From Octopus vulgaris (lineage: Eukaryota): 64,000 nt of DNA. Numbering within the stretch: the first letter of the stretch is position 1; each line of letters begins with the position of its first letter. The notes under the pieces are model-generated. The model saw only the letters and a program-made list of their open reading frames with translations. It was not told the origin of the DNA and did not search any database. Position numbers and translations under genes: made by a program. Positions 29,139 through 43,994 of this stretch are shown here, in pieces. The stretch covers positions 6,820,001-6,884,000 of the forward strand of contig OX597839.1 in assembly GCA_951406725.2 (NCBI GenBank), read 5' to 3'.

Positions 29139-29330
29139 GTGTCTGTCTGTTTGTCCTCCATCACCACTCGACAAGCAGTGCTGGTGCGTTTTTGCAGCCC
29201 CGTAACCTAGCAGTTCGGCAAAAGAGCCCGATAGAATAAGTACCAGGACTAAAATATAAGTACTGGGGTCGATTCGTTCGACTGAAAATTCAAGGCGGTG
29301 CCTCAGCATGGCCGCAGTCTAATGATGGGA
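29139..29330 (+). mobile_element. SINE family B, 3' module
   Basis: gttcggcaaaagag..ctggggtcgat..ggcggtgcctcagcatggccgcagtc. Confidence 0.8.
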
Positions 29331-29480
29331 AAACGCAAAAACATAAACAAACAGTACATTTCTGATGTGCTTGTGTTGTACAATTCTGTAAATCAGTGAT
29401 TTCTTTTACATGTTAATCGATAAATATCGAATCCATCAGAGTATCATACAGCTAGCATATCTTACGTAGGTTCTTATGTT

Positions 29481-29531
<51 letters not shown>

Positions 29532-29664
29532 GAGGAATATATATGTAAGTATGTATGTATATGCAAATGCATTTACATACGACCCCATAAGAGCATAGAA
29601 ATCGAATAATAATAATAATAATAATAACAACAACAACAACAACAACAACAACCACAACAACACC

Positions 29665-30430
<766 letters not shown>

Positions 30431-30477
30431 ATAATAATAATAATAATAATAATGATAATAATAATAATAATAATATA

Positions 30478-30511
<34 letters not shown>

Positions 30512-30729
30512 TAGTATTGATATAAAATCAATTGCTATATGGCATAACCATGTTCATTAAGTCCTTTGCTCAGATAAGTATTGGTGTATTTTTGATACTT
30601 CGGTATGAGAAGGCTAAAGCAATACTTGTTTCCAGTGGGATACCCAAAATATATGAAGGTGTTTTTATCTTATAAGAATTTTCGGTTTCCTCCAGGGCGT
30701 AAAAAACGAACACTCTACTAGAGATTAAA

Positions 30730-30785
30730 GGCCTGATGAACGCGGTTATGTGTTACAGTATAATTACGTGAAACGATTTGGAGCT
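30730..30785 (+). ncRNA. Decayed hammerhead-like motif with long stem II
   Basis: ggc CTGATGA acgcggttat..ataattacgt GAAA cga t ttg Ga gct; U16.1 replaced by G; only 3-bp stem I. Confidence 0.4.
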
Positions 30786-30953
30786 AGCGCTGTTCTGATA
30801 TGTTAGCAATTGACTGTGTCACATTTGAACTCCATCAAACACACATCTTGTGGTTTCTTATGTATTAATTAACTTAGTTCAGTTAGACACACGCCCGTGC
30901 ACGAAGATACCCCTGCTACACACATACATATAGAAAAACAAGAATGTACTCAT

Positions 30954-30985
<32 letters not shown>

Positions 30986-31262
30986 GGAGAGGTACAGACA
31001 TCAGGTCGACAGACACACGACCAGATACATTGAGGTTGAGAGAGAAGGTAAAGCAGAAAAAAACCCCAGAATAGTGATGAGAGAAGGCAGGATGATTTAA
31101 TGATGAAAACTATTAGTTTGACAGAATAGACAATGACGTTTCGGACTTAGTCATTCTTTAACATATAGTGTAGAATTGAAAGCGAACGGGGAAACAACAT
31201 AAAAAATGTTAATAAATACTAAAATAAATAAAAGGGGACTCAAGTAAAGTTATTGACTAATG

Positions 31263-31305
<43 letters not shown>

Positions 31306-31356
31306 ACACACATACACACACTCATACACACAATTAAGAGTGTATATAAGTGTGTA

Positions 31357-31770
31357 TGGCTGTGCGATTAAGTTCATGTCTCAATCACATGGTTCTAGGT
31401 TCAGTCCCACTGCTCAGCATCTTGGGCAAGTATTTTCTACTGAAGCCTCGTTGCCAACTTGTTTCTTGTGAATAGGTTTGATACAGAGAAACTGAAAGAA
31501 GCCCGGCATGCATGTGTGTGTGTGTGTGCGTGTGCGTGTATCTATGCATTTGTGTGCATGTGGCTTTTGTGTATATGTGTGTGTTCCTTAGCGTTTGTTT
31601 GAGCGTCTTTGTTCTGCGTCTGTTTCCTACCACCGCACGACAACCGCTGTTGGTTTATTTATGACCTCATAACTTAGCAATTCGGCATAAATGATCAATG
31701 GAATAAGTACAAGCTTATCACAATAAATACCAGATTCGATATGTTCAACTAAAACTCCTTCAAGGCAAAC
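31357..31770 (+). mobile_element. SINE family B, diverged full copy
   Basis: tggctgtg..ggttcagtcccactg..cttgggcaagt..gaaactgaaagaagcc..taacttagc. Confidence 0.75.
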
Positions 31771-31814
31771 GATAAAAGATAAAAGAATTCTCGGCATATA
31801 TGTATTCGAAGTGA

Positions 31815-32140
31815 AGAGGCGTGGCTTAGTGGTTAGGGTATACGGCTCACGATCGTAAGATCGAGGGTTCGACTCCCGGCGGCGCGTGGTGCCATTAAAC
31901 TTTATTTTAGCTTTATTTTAGCTTGCTCTAGTCCACTCAGCTTTTTACAAATGAGCTGTACCTGTAATTCAAAAGGGTCTAGCCTTGAACCATTCTGTGT
32001 CACGCTGGATTTTCCTGAGATTTACGTTAAGGTTACACGTGCCTGCGGAGTATTCAGCCACTTGGTCGTTAATTTCACGAGCAGGCTCTTCCGTTGGTCG
32101 TGTCAACTGGAACACTAGTCGTTATAACCGGAGTGCCAGC
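31815..32140 (+). mobile_element. tRNA-derived SINE family D
   Basis: A-box tggcttagtgg, B-box gggttcgactccc, followed by a non-tRNA body; single copy in the window. Confidence 0.65.
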
Positions 32141-32689
32141 TTTGTGTATATATGTATGTGTATGTATGTATGGGTAGATACACACACACATATATAGATA
32201 TATAACATATATTTATATATATGTATGTATATATAGTACTATGAGCAGTCGCATGGCATATAGCTTTCAAAGAACATCTTGTATAGCCATGTCTAAAAGC
32301 TAAACTGACTAATATCTGATGTATAGATCTCGTATATATGTGACATAAATCCACTATCCGCTATCACTTTGTAACCAACCATAAGAGGTAAGCGGCGTAC
32401 TAAATTAAAATGGCTGCCGTCAAACACTGACATGGCGAAGTAGTCTTCGCTCACATATTCAAACGCCACATCAAGCATGTGCAGTTCTCTGATGTCTACA
32501 CGTCGTTCGCTTTTGAAAATAAAATCAATCACATCAGCCATTGCTCTTAGATAGACATCGATCGAACTCTAATCTAGTTTCCATTCTCAATGCTATATGC
32601 TGTCCAATGTCGTCGTTGTCGTCGTCGTCGTTGTCGTCCTTGATGTTGTTGTTGTTGTTGTTGTTATTGCTGCTGTTGCCTTTTACTAT

Positions 32690-32750
32690 TTTGATTATTA
32701 TTATTATTATTATTATTATTATTGTTATCACTATTATTATTATTATTATT

Positions 32751-32809
<59 letters not shown>

Positions 32810-32840
32810 TATTATTATCATTATTATTATTATTATTATT

Positions 32841-32876
<36 letters not shown>

Positions 32877-32877
32877 G

Positions 32878-32920
<43 letters not shown>

Positions 32921-32985
32921 TATTATTATTATTATTATTATCATCATCATCATCATCATCTATTATTATTATTATTATTATTATT

Positions 32986-33017
<32 letters not shown>

Positions 33018-33084
33018 TATTATTATTATTATTATTATTATCATCATCATCATCATCATCATCATTATTATTATTATTATTATT

Positions 33085-33131
<47 letters not shown>

Positions 33132-33195
33132 TATTATTATCATTATTATTATCATCATCATCATCATCATCACTATTATTATTATTATTATTATT

Positions 33196-33227
<32 letters not shown>

Positions 33228-33255
33228 TATTATTATTATTATTATTATCATTATT

Positions 33256-33293
<38 letters not shown>

Positions 33294-33303
33294 TATTATT
33301 ATC
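32690..33303. repeat. Alternating (ATT)n/(ATC)n microsatellite
   Basis: Directly visible. Confidence 0.95.
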
Positions 33304-33642
33304 ATTCGATTTCTATGCTCTTATAGGGTCGTAGGTAAAAATGACAATGATTGAAAGAAGAGCGAGAAAGACAGAAAAAAGGGGCAGGTGGGAGGAGGCA
33401 AAGAAAGAAGAACACACAGAAAACAAACAAACTGCCAAACAAACAAACAAACAAACAAAAAGCAAACCTTGATTTGTAGTTAAGAAATTCGTTTTGAAGT
33501 AATTGGGTTTAGTGTTCGATTTCACCGCATTGCACTTTGGGAAAATGTCTTCAATAAACTATATACACTAATGTACTCGGAATTAATTTTGGTAGATGGA
33601 AAGTATATACGGATATAAGGAGGCCAATCGTTTCTCTATCGG

Positions 33643-33735
<93 letters not shown>

Positions 33736-33897
33736 GCGTCTGTCCGTCTATCTATCTTTCTATCTTTATATAACTGATGAAAGGTCCTTTCTCTGAGCTT
33801 GCTTGTCCTGTTATCAATTTCCCCCCGTTGTTTACATGTGTAACTCGTTCGTTTGCATGTTTCATGTTACCTGCACTATTGGTGACATCCTGTACCC

Positions 33898-33994
<97 letters not shown>

Positions 33995-34021
33995 CACATA
34001 TATATATACACACATATATAT

Positions 34022-34145
<124 letters not shown>

Positions 34146-34240
34146 ATTATTTGAAGGAAAATTATTCCTAACTTACAGGGAAAAATTCGATTTAGAAAAA
34201 CTAAATCAAATTTTACAAAATATGATATATATATATATAA

Positions 34241-34354
34241 ATTAGGAAAAAATACCTTTTATAAATTCAAAATGAACAATTAAATTTCTAATATATGTGA
34301 TTTTCTAGACGTTGTAATTTAATTGTTCATTTTGAATTGATAAAAGGTGTTTTT

Positions 34355-34363
<9 letters not shown>
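34241..34363. repeat. Inverted repeat (~46-bp arms) between (TA)n tracts
   Basis: accttttataaattcaaaatgaacaattaaatt / aatttaattgttcattttgaattgataaaaggt. Confidence 0.85.
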
Positions 34364-34411
<48 letters not shown>

Positions 34412-34550
34412 TTAGAGACAAAACCACTATTTTGCAAAACAAACAAGGAAAGACTTAATCAATACATAAGATTTTAATAAAAAGTCAAAAAAACCGCCAC
34501 TACATATATATATATATGATATCATATTATATTAGAGGAAAACCCCTCAT

Positions 34551-34592
<42 letters not shown>

Positions 34593-35240
34593 TTTATGAG
34601 AGAGAGAGAGAACGATTAAAGTGCAGTGCAATTTAAAGGGAAACTAAGTTCTTTTGTCGGTTCCCACTGATGGTTTTGTTGTTGATGTTACTTACGTAGC
34701 AAGGGCGGGCAAACTATCTCCATATGTTTGAAATTCCAGCACAGATATGATGGTCAGATTTTCTACAAAGATAAAAGTGAGACAGTGAAGAGAGTTTATG
34801 GTGGAAAATAATAGCGATGTCAAAAGAGAGAGAAAAGGAGAGACAAGACAAAGAGATAGGATTATGGGAAATGCCATAACAAACGAAACTGAAAGCAACG
34901 ATTTGGAGGTTGATGTAAAGCGGAAGAAGATTACAGAGAATGCGTATGTATGTGTGTGTGTGCGCGCGCGCTTTTGCTTGTGCGTGGATGTAAGCATTGT
35001 GTAATGCTAAATATCACGAAGTCCAGCAATCCTTGCTTGACCGTGTCAAAGACAAAATGGTGCCAACGGATAATTACACACACATTCACACACACACACA
35101 CACACACTCACGCGCACACACACACACACACACACACACATACTCTCTCTCTCTCTCTTACTCACACACACAATTATATACATAGATATATTTGCACACT
35201 TATGAATATACACTCATTAGTCAAGACGCGTATGCATACT

Positions 35241-35563
35241 CTTTTACTCTTTTACTTGTTTCAGTCATATGACTGCGGCCATGCTGGAGCACCGCCTTTA
35301 ATCGAGCAACTCGACCCCGAGACTTATTCTTTGTATGCCCAGTACTTATTCTATCGGTCTCTTTTGCCGAACCGCTAAGTGACGGGGACATAAACACTCC
35401 AGCATCGGTTGTCAAGCGATGTTGGGGGGACAAACACAGACACACAAAGACTCACACATACATATATATATATACATATATACGACGGGCTTCTTTCAGT
35501 TTCTGTCTACAAAATCCACTCACAAGGCTTTGGTCGGCCCGAAGCTATAGTAGAAGACACTTG
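35241..35563 (-). mobile_element. SINE family B, head truncated
   Basis: High similarity to the 16159 copy. Confidence 0.88.
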
Positions 35564-36017
35564 CATGTATGATTACACATACAAGCTCACTCTTAAACAT
35601 AGACATATGAAACTTCTCTGCCATTCTTATCTTTGCACTTAAATATACTATGAGAAGCGGAAAATAAAATAAATATAAACGAGCAAAACGCCCCCGTCCA
35701 GTGGACGGTGCTGAGTTGTCAAACATTTAAACCAAATTTTTCTCAAACACCTTGTCCGACCGTCCCATAGGCCTCCTATTTGAGAAACACTGATTTAACC
35801 TGAATTTGAGTATTTTTTTCTATTCCAAAGAAAAACGATTTTATTCACTTTATCGATCGCATTCTCACCTGGAATCGATTTTTGTAATTTTTTCAAGACT
35901 TATACACGCCGTGATACTGTCGGTATCTACATATCAAAGTTGAGCGCAATCGGATGAAGGATGCCCGAGATCCTAGAAGACACACACAGAACGAATTATA
36001 TATATATATACATATAT

Positions 36018-36178
36018 ACGACGGACGTCTTTCAGTTTCTGTCTCCCAAATCCCCTCAGAAAGCTTTGGTCGGCCCGAGGCTATAGTGGAAGACACTTGA
36101 CCAAGGTGCCACACAGTGGGACTGAACCCGGAACCATATGCTTCGGAAGCAAGCTTCGTACCACATTGCCTCTCCTAC
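36018..36178 (-). mobile_element. SINE family B, 5' module
   Basis: gctttggtcggcccgaggctatag..gactgaacccggaacca. Confidence 0.82.
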
Positions 36179-36291
36179 GTATTGTGCAATCATTCCGCTA
36201 AATGTAAAATAGTTTTTATATAAAGGTTTTAAAAGAAACACTGACAGACGCACATGCATACGTGTGTGTATGTGTGTAAGAGCGTACGTGA

Positions 36292-36352
<61 letters not shown>

Positions 36353-36658
36353 TGTGTACGTGTAATGTTTCGTAGCATCGAATCCCTCGTGGATATTTGC
36401 ATTGCAGCCTTCGGCAAGGCTCTCATATATTCCGGCTACTAGGACAAGTTTTGGCCTGATACATGTATACATATGCATACAAGTATATGTGTGTGTGTTT
36501 GTACTGCGTTGTGTGTGTGTGTGCGTGTGTGTGTGTGTGTGTGCTGTGTTGTGTGTTTGCGTTTGTGTGTGCGAATGTCTGCGCGCGTGCAGAGTTTCGT
36601 GCATGTGTGTATATTTGCGTGTGTATGTATGTGTGTTTGTGTGTATATGTGTGTGTAA

Positions 36659-36891
36659 GGCGGCGAGCTGGCAGAACCGTTAGCACGCAGGGTGAAATGC
36701 GTAGCCGTATTTCGTCTACCATTACGTTCTGAGTTCAAATTCCGCCGAGGTCGACTTTGCCTTTCATCCATTCGGGGTCGATAAATGAAGTACCAGTTAC
36801 GCACTGGGGTCGATGTAATCGACTTAATTTGTTTGTCTGTCCTTGTTTGTCCTCCTCTTTGCGTTTAGCCCCTTGTGGGTAGTAAAGAAAT
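36659..36891 (+). mobile_element. SINE family A
   Basis: Near-identical to the 10911 copy. Confidence 0.9.
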
Positions 36892-37029
36892 ATGTATATG
36901 TGTGTGTGTGTGTGGTGTGTGTGTAATTTTAGTCGATTACACGCATCAGAACTCGGGATAAGCTCCGGCCTATCAAATTCTTTTGGCCTCAGACAGACTG
37001 TAACATTATATATAAATACACACACACAC

Positions 37030-37094
<65 letters not shown>

Positions 37095-37323
37095 CACTCA
37101 CAAAAAGAGGTACGACATTTTATTTACGAATTTCCAGCGTATGAAATTTCATTAAATCCAGAAATGAGCTTTTTTATGTGATGTTATAGTGAATATGTAA
37201 TTCGGAAGAATGATTTCGTCACTAAAACACTTTCAGATACAGAAAAATTTTTGATGTAAAATGAGAGCAGCAGAATTAAACTGCGACCACGCTGGAGCAT
37301 TGTCTCGAAGAATTTTTAGTCGA

Positions 37324-37490
37324 AGGCGTAGGAGTGGCTGTGTGGTAAGTAGCTTGCTTACCAACCACATGGTCCCGGGTTCAGTCCCACTGCGTGGCAC
37401 CTTGGGCAAGTGTCTTCTACTATAGCCTCGGGCCGACCAAAGCCTTGTGAGTGGATTTGGTAGACGGAAACTAAAAGAAGCCCGTCGTAT
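37324..37490 (+). mobile_element. SINE family B, 5' module
   Basis: aggcgtaggagtggctgtgtggtaag..aagaagcccgtcgtat. Confidence 0.88.
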
Positions 37491-37495
37491 ATATG

Positions 37496-37528
<33 letters not shown>

Positions 37529-37529
37529 T

Positions 37530-37562
<33 letters not shown>

Positions 37563-37840
37563 TGACAAAGGGAGTGAGTGAGTGAGAGAGAGAGAGAGAG
37601 GAAAATATGAGTAGTTTATGCCAGAATGACACAAACAAAATCTATGTGTTCTGAGAGATGAAATGGGTGTGCCACTTTAAGTTGCGGTTGTGAGATTTTC
37701 CTGTGGAAACAACGGCTAATGGTGGCTCCCTTTGAGTCAATAGGTATAAGTTAAAGATTAAAGTTTAACCTATACATACACACGTCCATCCATACATACA
37801 TACACACATACATACATACATACATACATACATACATACA

Positions 37841-37933
<93 letters not shown>

Positions 37934-38499
37934 ACACACACACGATTATACGTCCGGCTTACATACAGTTTCTGTCAACTAAATTCAGATGCAGACAATT
38001 GATCGAGGCACAATTACGTTCATATGTATTAAATATAAAAGAACACAGGAAAATATATCAGACTTAAAGCGTCAAAATGCGATACACACATTTACCCTGT
38101 GAATGTCTGTGCCTATGTCTTTGTATGAGTGAGCGTATATATATATGTAAGTATATATATATATATGCATGTATTTATATAAGTATATATGTAGGCAGAT
38201 GCACATACAAACACGCAAGAACTCACAAAGATGGGAGAAGAGTGTATCGTAATCATTGGCGCTTATTCCTTATCGTCGCCGCCATCTTCTAGACGTCTAT
38301 CACTTACCGTTCTCTAGATTAGAAACATGTGTTCCCAAGAGGCAGTCATATTGATTACCAAAGAGTCATCTATAACACAGCACCCATATCATTTACTCGA
38401 ATGATATATTGTTTTGAATACATCTGTAGAAGTATAGAGGCATAAACTCAAAGACACAAACGTACATACGCAATCGGACAAGTATAAAACATTTGAGAG

Positions 38500-38582
<83 letters not shown>

Positions 38583-38728
38583 CAGATATATGTATGTATA
38601 TATACGTGCATATACATCCATACAGATATAGCACTACGAGCACACACACTCACAGAAACATACACACACATGCGCACACACATATGCATACATAAACACC
38701 TGCAAATACATAAATACATACATATATT

Positions 38729-38760
<32 letters not shown>

Positions 38761-39237
38761 CGTATATAAATACACAATCAGACACGAACACACGCACACA
38801 CATACACACAGATATATATATATATATGTATATATACGTGTGTGTGTGTGTGTGTGTGTATTGTTTAGTTTTTTCGGTCATTGAACTTCGGCGATGCTGG
38901 GCCCCCTCCTTCTAGGGGTTAGTCGACTCCAGTACTCGTTATTTTCAAAGTCTAGCACTTATTTCATCGGCTCCTTCTGCTGAACGGCTAAGTTACGTGG
39001 ACGTAAGCACATCAACACCGGTTGTGATGCAGTAGTGGTCATGCAGAGGGACTGATCTCTGGCCCATTTCGTTGGAAATCAGACCTTCTTACCACAAAAC
39101 CACGCCTGCACCTATGTGTGTGTGTGTATGTGTGTGTGTCTGTGTGTGTGTGTGTCTGTATGTGTATGCGCGTTTGTATATAAGTGTTTGTGTATGTGTC
39201 TTTCCCTATTTCTCTCTCTCTCTCTTTCGATATTTAC

Positions 39238-39280
<43 letters not shown>

Positions 39281-39681
39281 TGTGTGTGCGTCTATATCTG
39301 TATGCAAGTAAGTGTGAATATATTTATGTGTTTCTGTGAGATAAATTATCTTTAAACAGGCACAAATACTTCTTTCCCAACCACTGGTGTACACAGACGT
39401 CTACACTTTTATTTAATAAATTATGCACACACACACACATACACACACACACACACACACCTACATGCACGCACACAGACGCACACACGCGCACACAGTC
39501 AGTGCATTTGCGAATTGTTCTGTACTCTGTCATCCATCTTATCAAGTAGTTGGCTTATGTAGTTGGTGAAAATTTTATTTATATTCGCTTTTGTCGTATT
39601 TGTAACGCCTTCTGCTTCACAATTCTCTTATTACCTCATACCTACGTTATACGCGTCGACCTCAAAAACAAACCAACACCA

Positions 39682-39970
39682 GGAGGCGCAATGGCCCAGT
39701 GGTTAGGGCAGCGGACTCGCGGTCAGAGGATCGCGGTTTCGATTCCTAGACCGGGCGTGTGTGTGTTTATTGAGCAAAAAGACCTAAAACTCCACGAGGC
39801 TCCGGCAAGGGGTGGTGGCGACGCCTGTTGTACTCTTTCGCTCCAACTTTCTCTCATTCTTTCTTCCTGTTTCTTGTCCCCGACTTCCTACGCAACCGCT
39901 GAGCCTGGATCCGCATTCATCAATCCGTCGATGCTCTCGGTTTCGGGGGTTGACCTGCTTTCTCTTCTAT
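39682..39970 (+). mobile_element. SINE family C variant (same head, different tail)
   Basis: tggcccagtggttagggcagcggactcgcggtc..caactttctctca shared with 56896; diverges after about 39870. Confidence 0.75.
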
Positions 39971-39990
39971 GTTTATATATATATATGTGT

Positions 39991-40054
<64 letters not shown>

Positions 40055-40099
40055 ATAAATATGTATGTATATATGTATATGTGTATGGATTTATACAGC

Positions 40100-40678
40100 G
40101 TCTGTGTGTCTTTGTGTCAGTGTACATCTCCCAGCTGACAACACGTGTTGGTGTGTTTACGTCTCCTCAGAATAGGGATTCGGCAAAAAGATCGATAAAA
40201 TAAGTACCGGGTTTTAAGTGAATGTCCTGGGTTTGGTTCATTCGACTAAAAGTTTTTTAAAGTGGTAGCCCAGCATTGACGCAGTCTAATGAATGACAAA
40301 AAGCAAATATGTGTGTATATGTTTGTGCGTCTGTGTTTGTGCCCCCAATATCGCTTGACAACCGATGGGCTTACGTCCCCGTAACTTAGCGGCTCAGCAA
40401 AAGAGACCGATAGAAAAAGTACTAGGCTTACAACGAATAAGTCCTGGGATCGATTTGCTCGACTAAAGGTGATGCCCCAGCATGGCCACAGTCAATGTCA
40501 AAAAGCAAATAACGACGAGCTTTTCTTCAGTTTTCCATTTGACCAAATTCACTCACAAGCTTTGGATCGACCCAGGGCTAAAACAAGTTGACACTTTCCC
40601 AAGCTGGTACGCAGTAGGCCCGAACTCAGCACCGTGCGGTTGGAAATCACACATCAAACCACATGGCCACAACTGTGC
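40100..40678. mobile_element. SINE family B cluster: two 3' modules (+) then one 5' module (-)
   Basis: 3' modules at about 40100-40295 and 40320-40497; inverted 5' module at about 40513-40678. Confidence 0.75.
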
Positions 40679-40730
40679 ATATTAAGCGATAAGAAAACAT
40701 ATCTGTTGTAATATGTCTGCTGGTTCGGGT

Positions 40731-41044
40731 TTTTTTTTTTTGCTTGTTCCTTCTCTTGCCATGCCTGGCTTATAAGGGCCGATTTCCCGGTTTCTTGGCG
40801 TATGGGTTCCCCACCTGGACGGGACGCCGGTCCGTCGCAGGTGAGCTGCAAAATGCAGGAGGAAAGAGTGAGAGAAAATTGTGGCGAAAGAGTCAGCAGA
40901 ACTTTCGCCATTACCTTCTGCCGGAGCCGCGTGGAGCTTAGGTGTTTTCGCTCATAAACACACACATCGCCCGGTCTGAGATTCGAACCCGCGATCCCTC
41001 GACCGAGAGTCCGCTACTCTAACCACTAGGCCATGTGCCGTCAC
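40731..41044 (-). mobile_element. SINE family C, full length with poly(A) and 12-bp TSD
   Basis: TSD gctggttcgggt at 40719-40730 and 41045-41056. Confidence 0.93.
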
Positions 41045-41213
41045 GCTGGTTCGGGTGTAGAGGTGTAGATTCAACTGTCTTTAATAAAGCAGGATGCAAG
41101 TTAAACAATCTCACACAAGTACACAAGATATAATTGCATACAAGGCATAAAAAAAGAAATATATAAACAATTTAATAAATTAATAAATAAGTAAATAGAG
41201 GAATAGAATTATA

Positions 41214-41501
41214 ACGAAGAAGAAGAAGAAGAAGAAGAAGAAGAAGAAGAAGAAGAAGAAGAAGAAGAAGAAGAAGAAGAAGAAGAAGAAGAAGAAGAAG
41301 AAGAAGAAGAAGAAGAAGAAGAAGAAGAAGAAGAAGAAGAAGAAGACGAAGAAGAAGAAGAAGAAGAAGAAGACGAAGAAGAAGAAGGAGAAGAAGAAGG
41401 AGAAGAAGAAGAAGAAGAAGACGAAGAAGAAGAAGAAGAAGAAGAAGAAGAAGAAGAAGAAGAAGAAGAAGAAGAAGAAGAAGAAGAAGAAGAAGAAGAA
41501 G
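41214..41501. repeat. (GAA)n microsatellite
   Basis: Directly visible. Confidence 0.97.
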
Positions 41502-41650
41502 ACGTGAGCAAGAACGAAAAAATGTCAATTGCACACGTTTCGCTAATGTAGTGTCAGCCATTGTTTTAGACTCATTTAACTCACTAACAAAACAAATGAG
41601 GCTGATACAGACCTTGTTCTATGTGTGTGAATGTGTGTGTGTGTGTGTGT

Positions 41651-41713
<63 letters not shown>

Positions 41714-41948
41714 ACTGTGTTCAGTTATTTAAAAGTGCCTGCTAGTGAAATTAATTGTGTGGTGTATAAACGTGCCCGAGTTGTTTTTTCTGTGCGTTTC
41801 TGGATTAATATGTATGTGCTTGAGTGTATATATGCGAACATATCTACATGTATGTATACACATATAAACCAATCTGTCTCTCTGTCAGTTCTTCTGCTTC
41901 TCTGTCTCTCTCTCTCTTTCTCTCTCTCAAGCACACTCTCTCTATAAA

Positions 41949-41980
<32 letters not shown>

Positions 41981-42144
41981 GTGTCTGCATATGTACATAT
42001 CTATATATGAACATACAAGTATACAGACACATCCATACACACACATACACCCATTAATACATACATGCATACATAGACACACACATATATATATCTATGC
42101 ATGAATACACGTATCAATCTATATAAATGTGTGCGTGTATATAC

Positions 42145-42188
<44 letters not shown>

Positions 42189-42683
42189 ATGCATACATAA
42201 ATATATATATGAATATAAATGTATAATATAAATATGTGTGTGTATGTGTGTCCATATATAAGTAGTATATATATGTGTGTATATATATATGTGCGAATAT
42301 GTTTGTGTCCATGTGTTCATAAAAATACACACACACCCGCACGCACCCATGCACACACACATGCACATACACACACACAGACGTACACACACACACACAT
42401 ACATATTATCTGTCCATCACATGCTAAGTATGTTGTTCCTGTCTCATTATTTATATTTTTATCTAAAGTCCATCTTTTTCTTTTTTCTCTTCATTTTTTT
42501 TCCGGTGTAAGAGCCATGTTTATAGATAATAGCATATTACATAATGAAATATACGTAAGACACTGGAATATAATAATTGGAACATGGTCAAACACAAAGA
42601 GAAGTACATATGCACCCGGGCGCACACGAAGATACACAGACATAGATATTAAGCTGCTGGAAACAATATATATATATATATAT

Positions 42684-42900
42684 ATCGTGACGCATATTTA
42701 CCATTTGAATAAGGCTAACCCATAAGGGTGGATGCTACTGTAGTTTGTAACCCCAGGAAGATATCTCCTCCAGCTGGCTATAGACACACTATCTGTGTCC
42801 TCTCAGCCAGCTGGAGGAGATATCTTCCTGGGGCTACAAACTACAGTAGCATCCACCCTTATGGGTTAGCCATATTCAAATGGCAAATATGCGTCACGAT
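42684..42900. repeat. Near-perfect inverted repeat, ~105-bp arms, short spacer
   Basis: atcgtgacgcatattt..ccagctggct / agccagctgg..aaatatgcgtcacgat. Confidence 0.95.
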
Positions 42901-43040
42901 GTGTTACCGCTACTGTTTATAACTCGCTCTGAGATTTATCATTGTTATATATATATATATGTATATATACGCGTGTGTGTATGTATGTATATATATATAT
43001 ATATATACTTTATTTAAAAGCAGCAGAAATTTAGGAGAGT

Positions 43041-43078
43041 TTGTCCGACGAACGGGAACGTGAAACTCCGAGTAACAG
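43041..43078 (+). ncRNA. Minimal type I hammerhead motif, CCGACGA core
   Basis: ttgt CCGACGA acg ggaa cgt GAAA ctc c gag TA acag; all three stems pair; GUA triplet; lies inside the inverted repeat 43009-43033 / 43086-43110. Confidence 0.8.
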
Positions 43079-43183
43079 CTTTTGTTAAATTTCTGCTGCT
43101 TTTAAATAAAAACATATTACTCTACCTCTGGTATTTGAGTACTCTTTTTACCACTTTCTTTCACATTTATGTGTTTACTCTGG

Positions 43184-43250
<67 letters not shown>

Positions 43251-43910
43251 TAGTTATCGCCATACTAATATGGCATTCTTATAAAAATAAGAATAAAGCT
43301 GACCGCTTATTAGCTCCATGAGGCCATCGCCTTAAGTTAGCTATTTGATACACAAACTGATGATATAACCTTTGAACAAGGAGTCAGTCGCTCCACACTA
43401 CTTGGCCGGCAGCTACAGACGCGTTTCGGGGTATTGCCCTTTCAATGCAGCGTAGCCAAACCAGTAGGTGTCGCTTCTGACAATCTCTGTTCAAAGGTTT
43501 TATTTACCTAGCTTCGGTGGAATACATCCACTTGTTTTCAATAATAGAAATATTAAAATTACAGTGCTGAGAACAACGCGTTCCTGCGCATACTAATATG
43601 GCATTCTTATAAAATAAGAATAAGCTGACCAGTATAGCATCGCTTAGTTAGCTATTTGATACACAAACTGTATCCATATAACCTTTGAACAAGTAGTGTG
43701 GAGCGACTGACCTCCCTTGTTCAAAGGTTATATGGATACAGTTTGTGTATCAAATAGCTAACTTAAGGCGATGGCCTCATGGAGCTAATAAGCGGTCAGC
43801 TTTATCCTTATTTTTATAAGAATGCCATATTAGTATGGCGATAACTAATATTTTCCAGGAACGCTGCCGTTGTTCTCTTTTAGAGAGACTTAGTAATTTT
43901 AATATTTCTA

Positions 43911-43914
<4 letters not shown>
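43251..43914. mobile_element. Penelope-like pLTR arrangement: direct repeat plus inverted copy
   Basis: 43251-43401 is repeated directly (with deletions) at about 43588-43693 and inverted at 43693-43847; contains a hammerhead remnant; flanked by (TA)n. Confidence 0.7.
43412..43451 (-). ncRNA. Decayed minimal hammerhead motif
   Basis: Reverse complement gctgca TTGAAA gggcaatacccc GAAA cgcg TC tgtagc; 6-bp stem I, palindromic acgcgt stem III; 5' core damaged. Confidence 0.6.
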
Positions 43915-43967
<53 letters not shown>

Positions 43968-43994
43968 ATATATATATACGTATAAGTATATATA

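Noticed and set aside
33775-33800. Isolated CTGANGA heptamers (also 10664, 17395, 49141, 51584, 53858)
   Set aside because: No downstream GAAA, stem III and stem I pairing.
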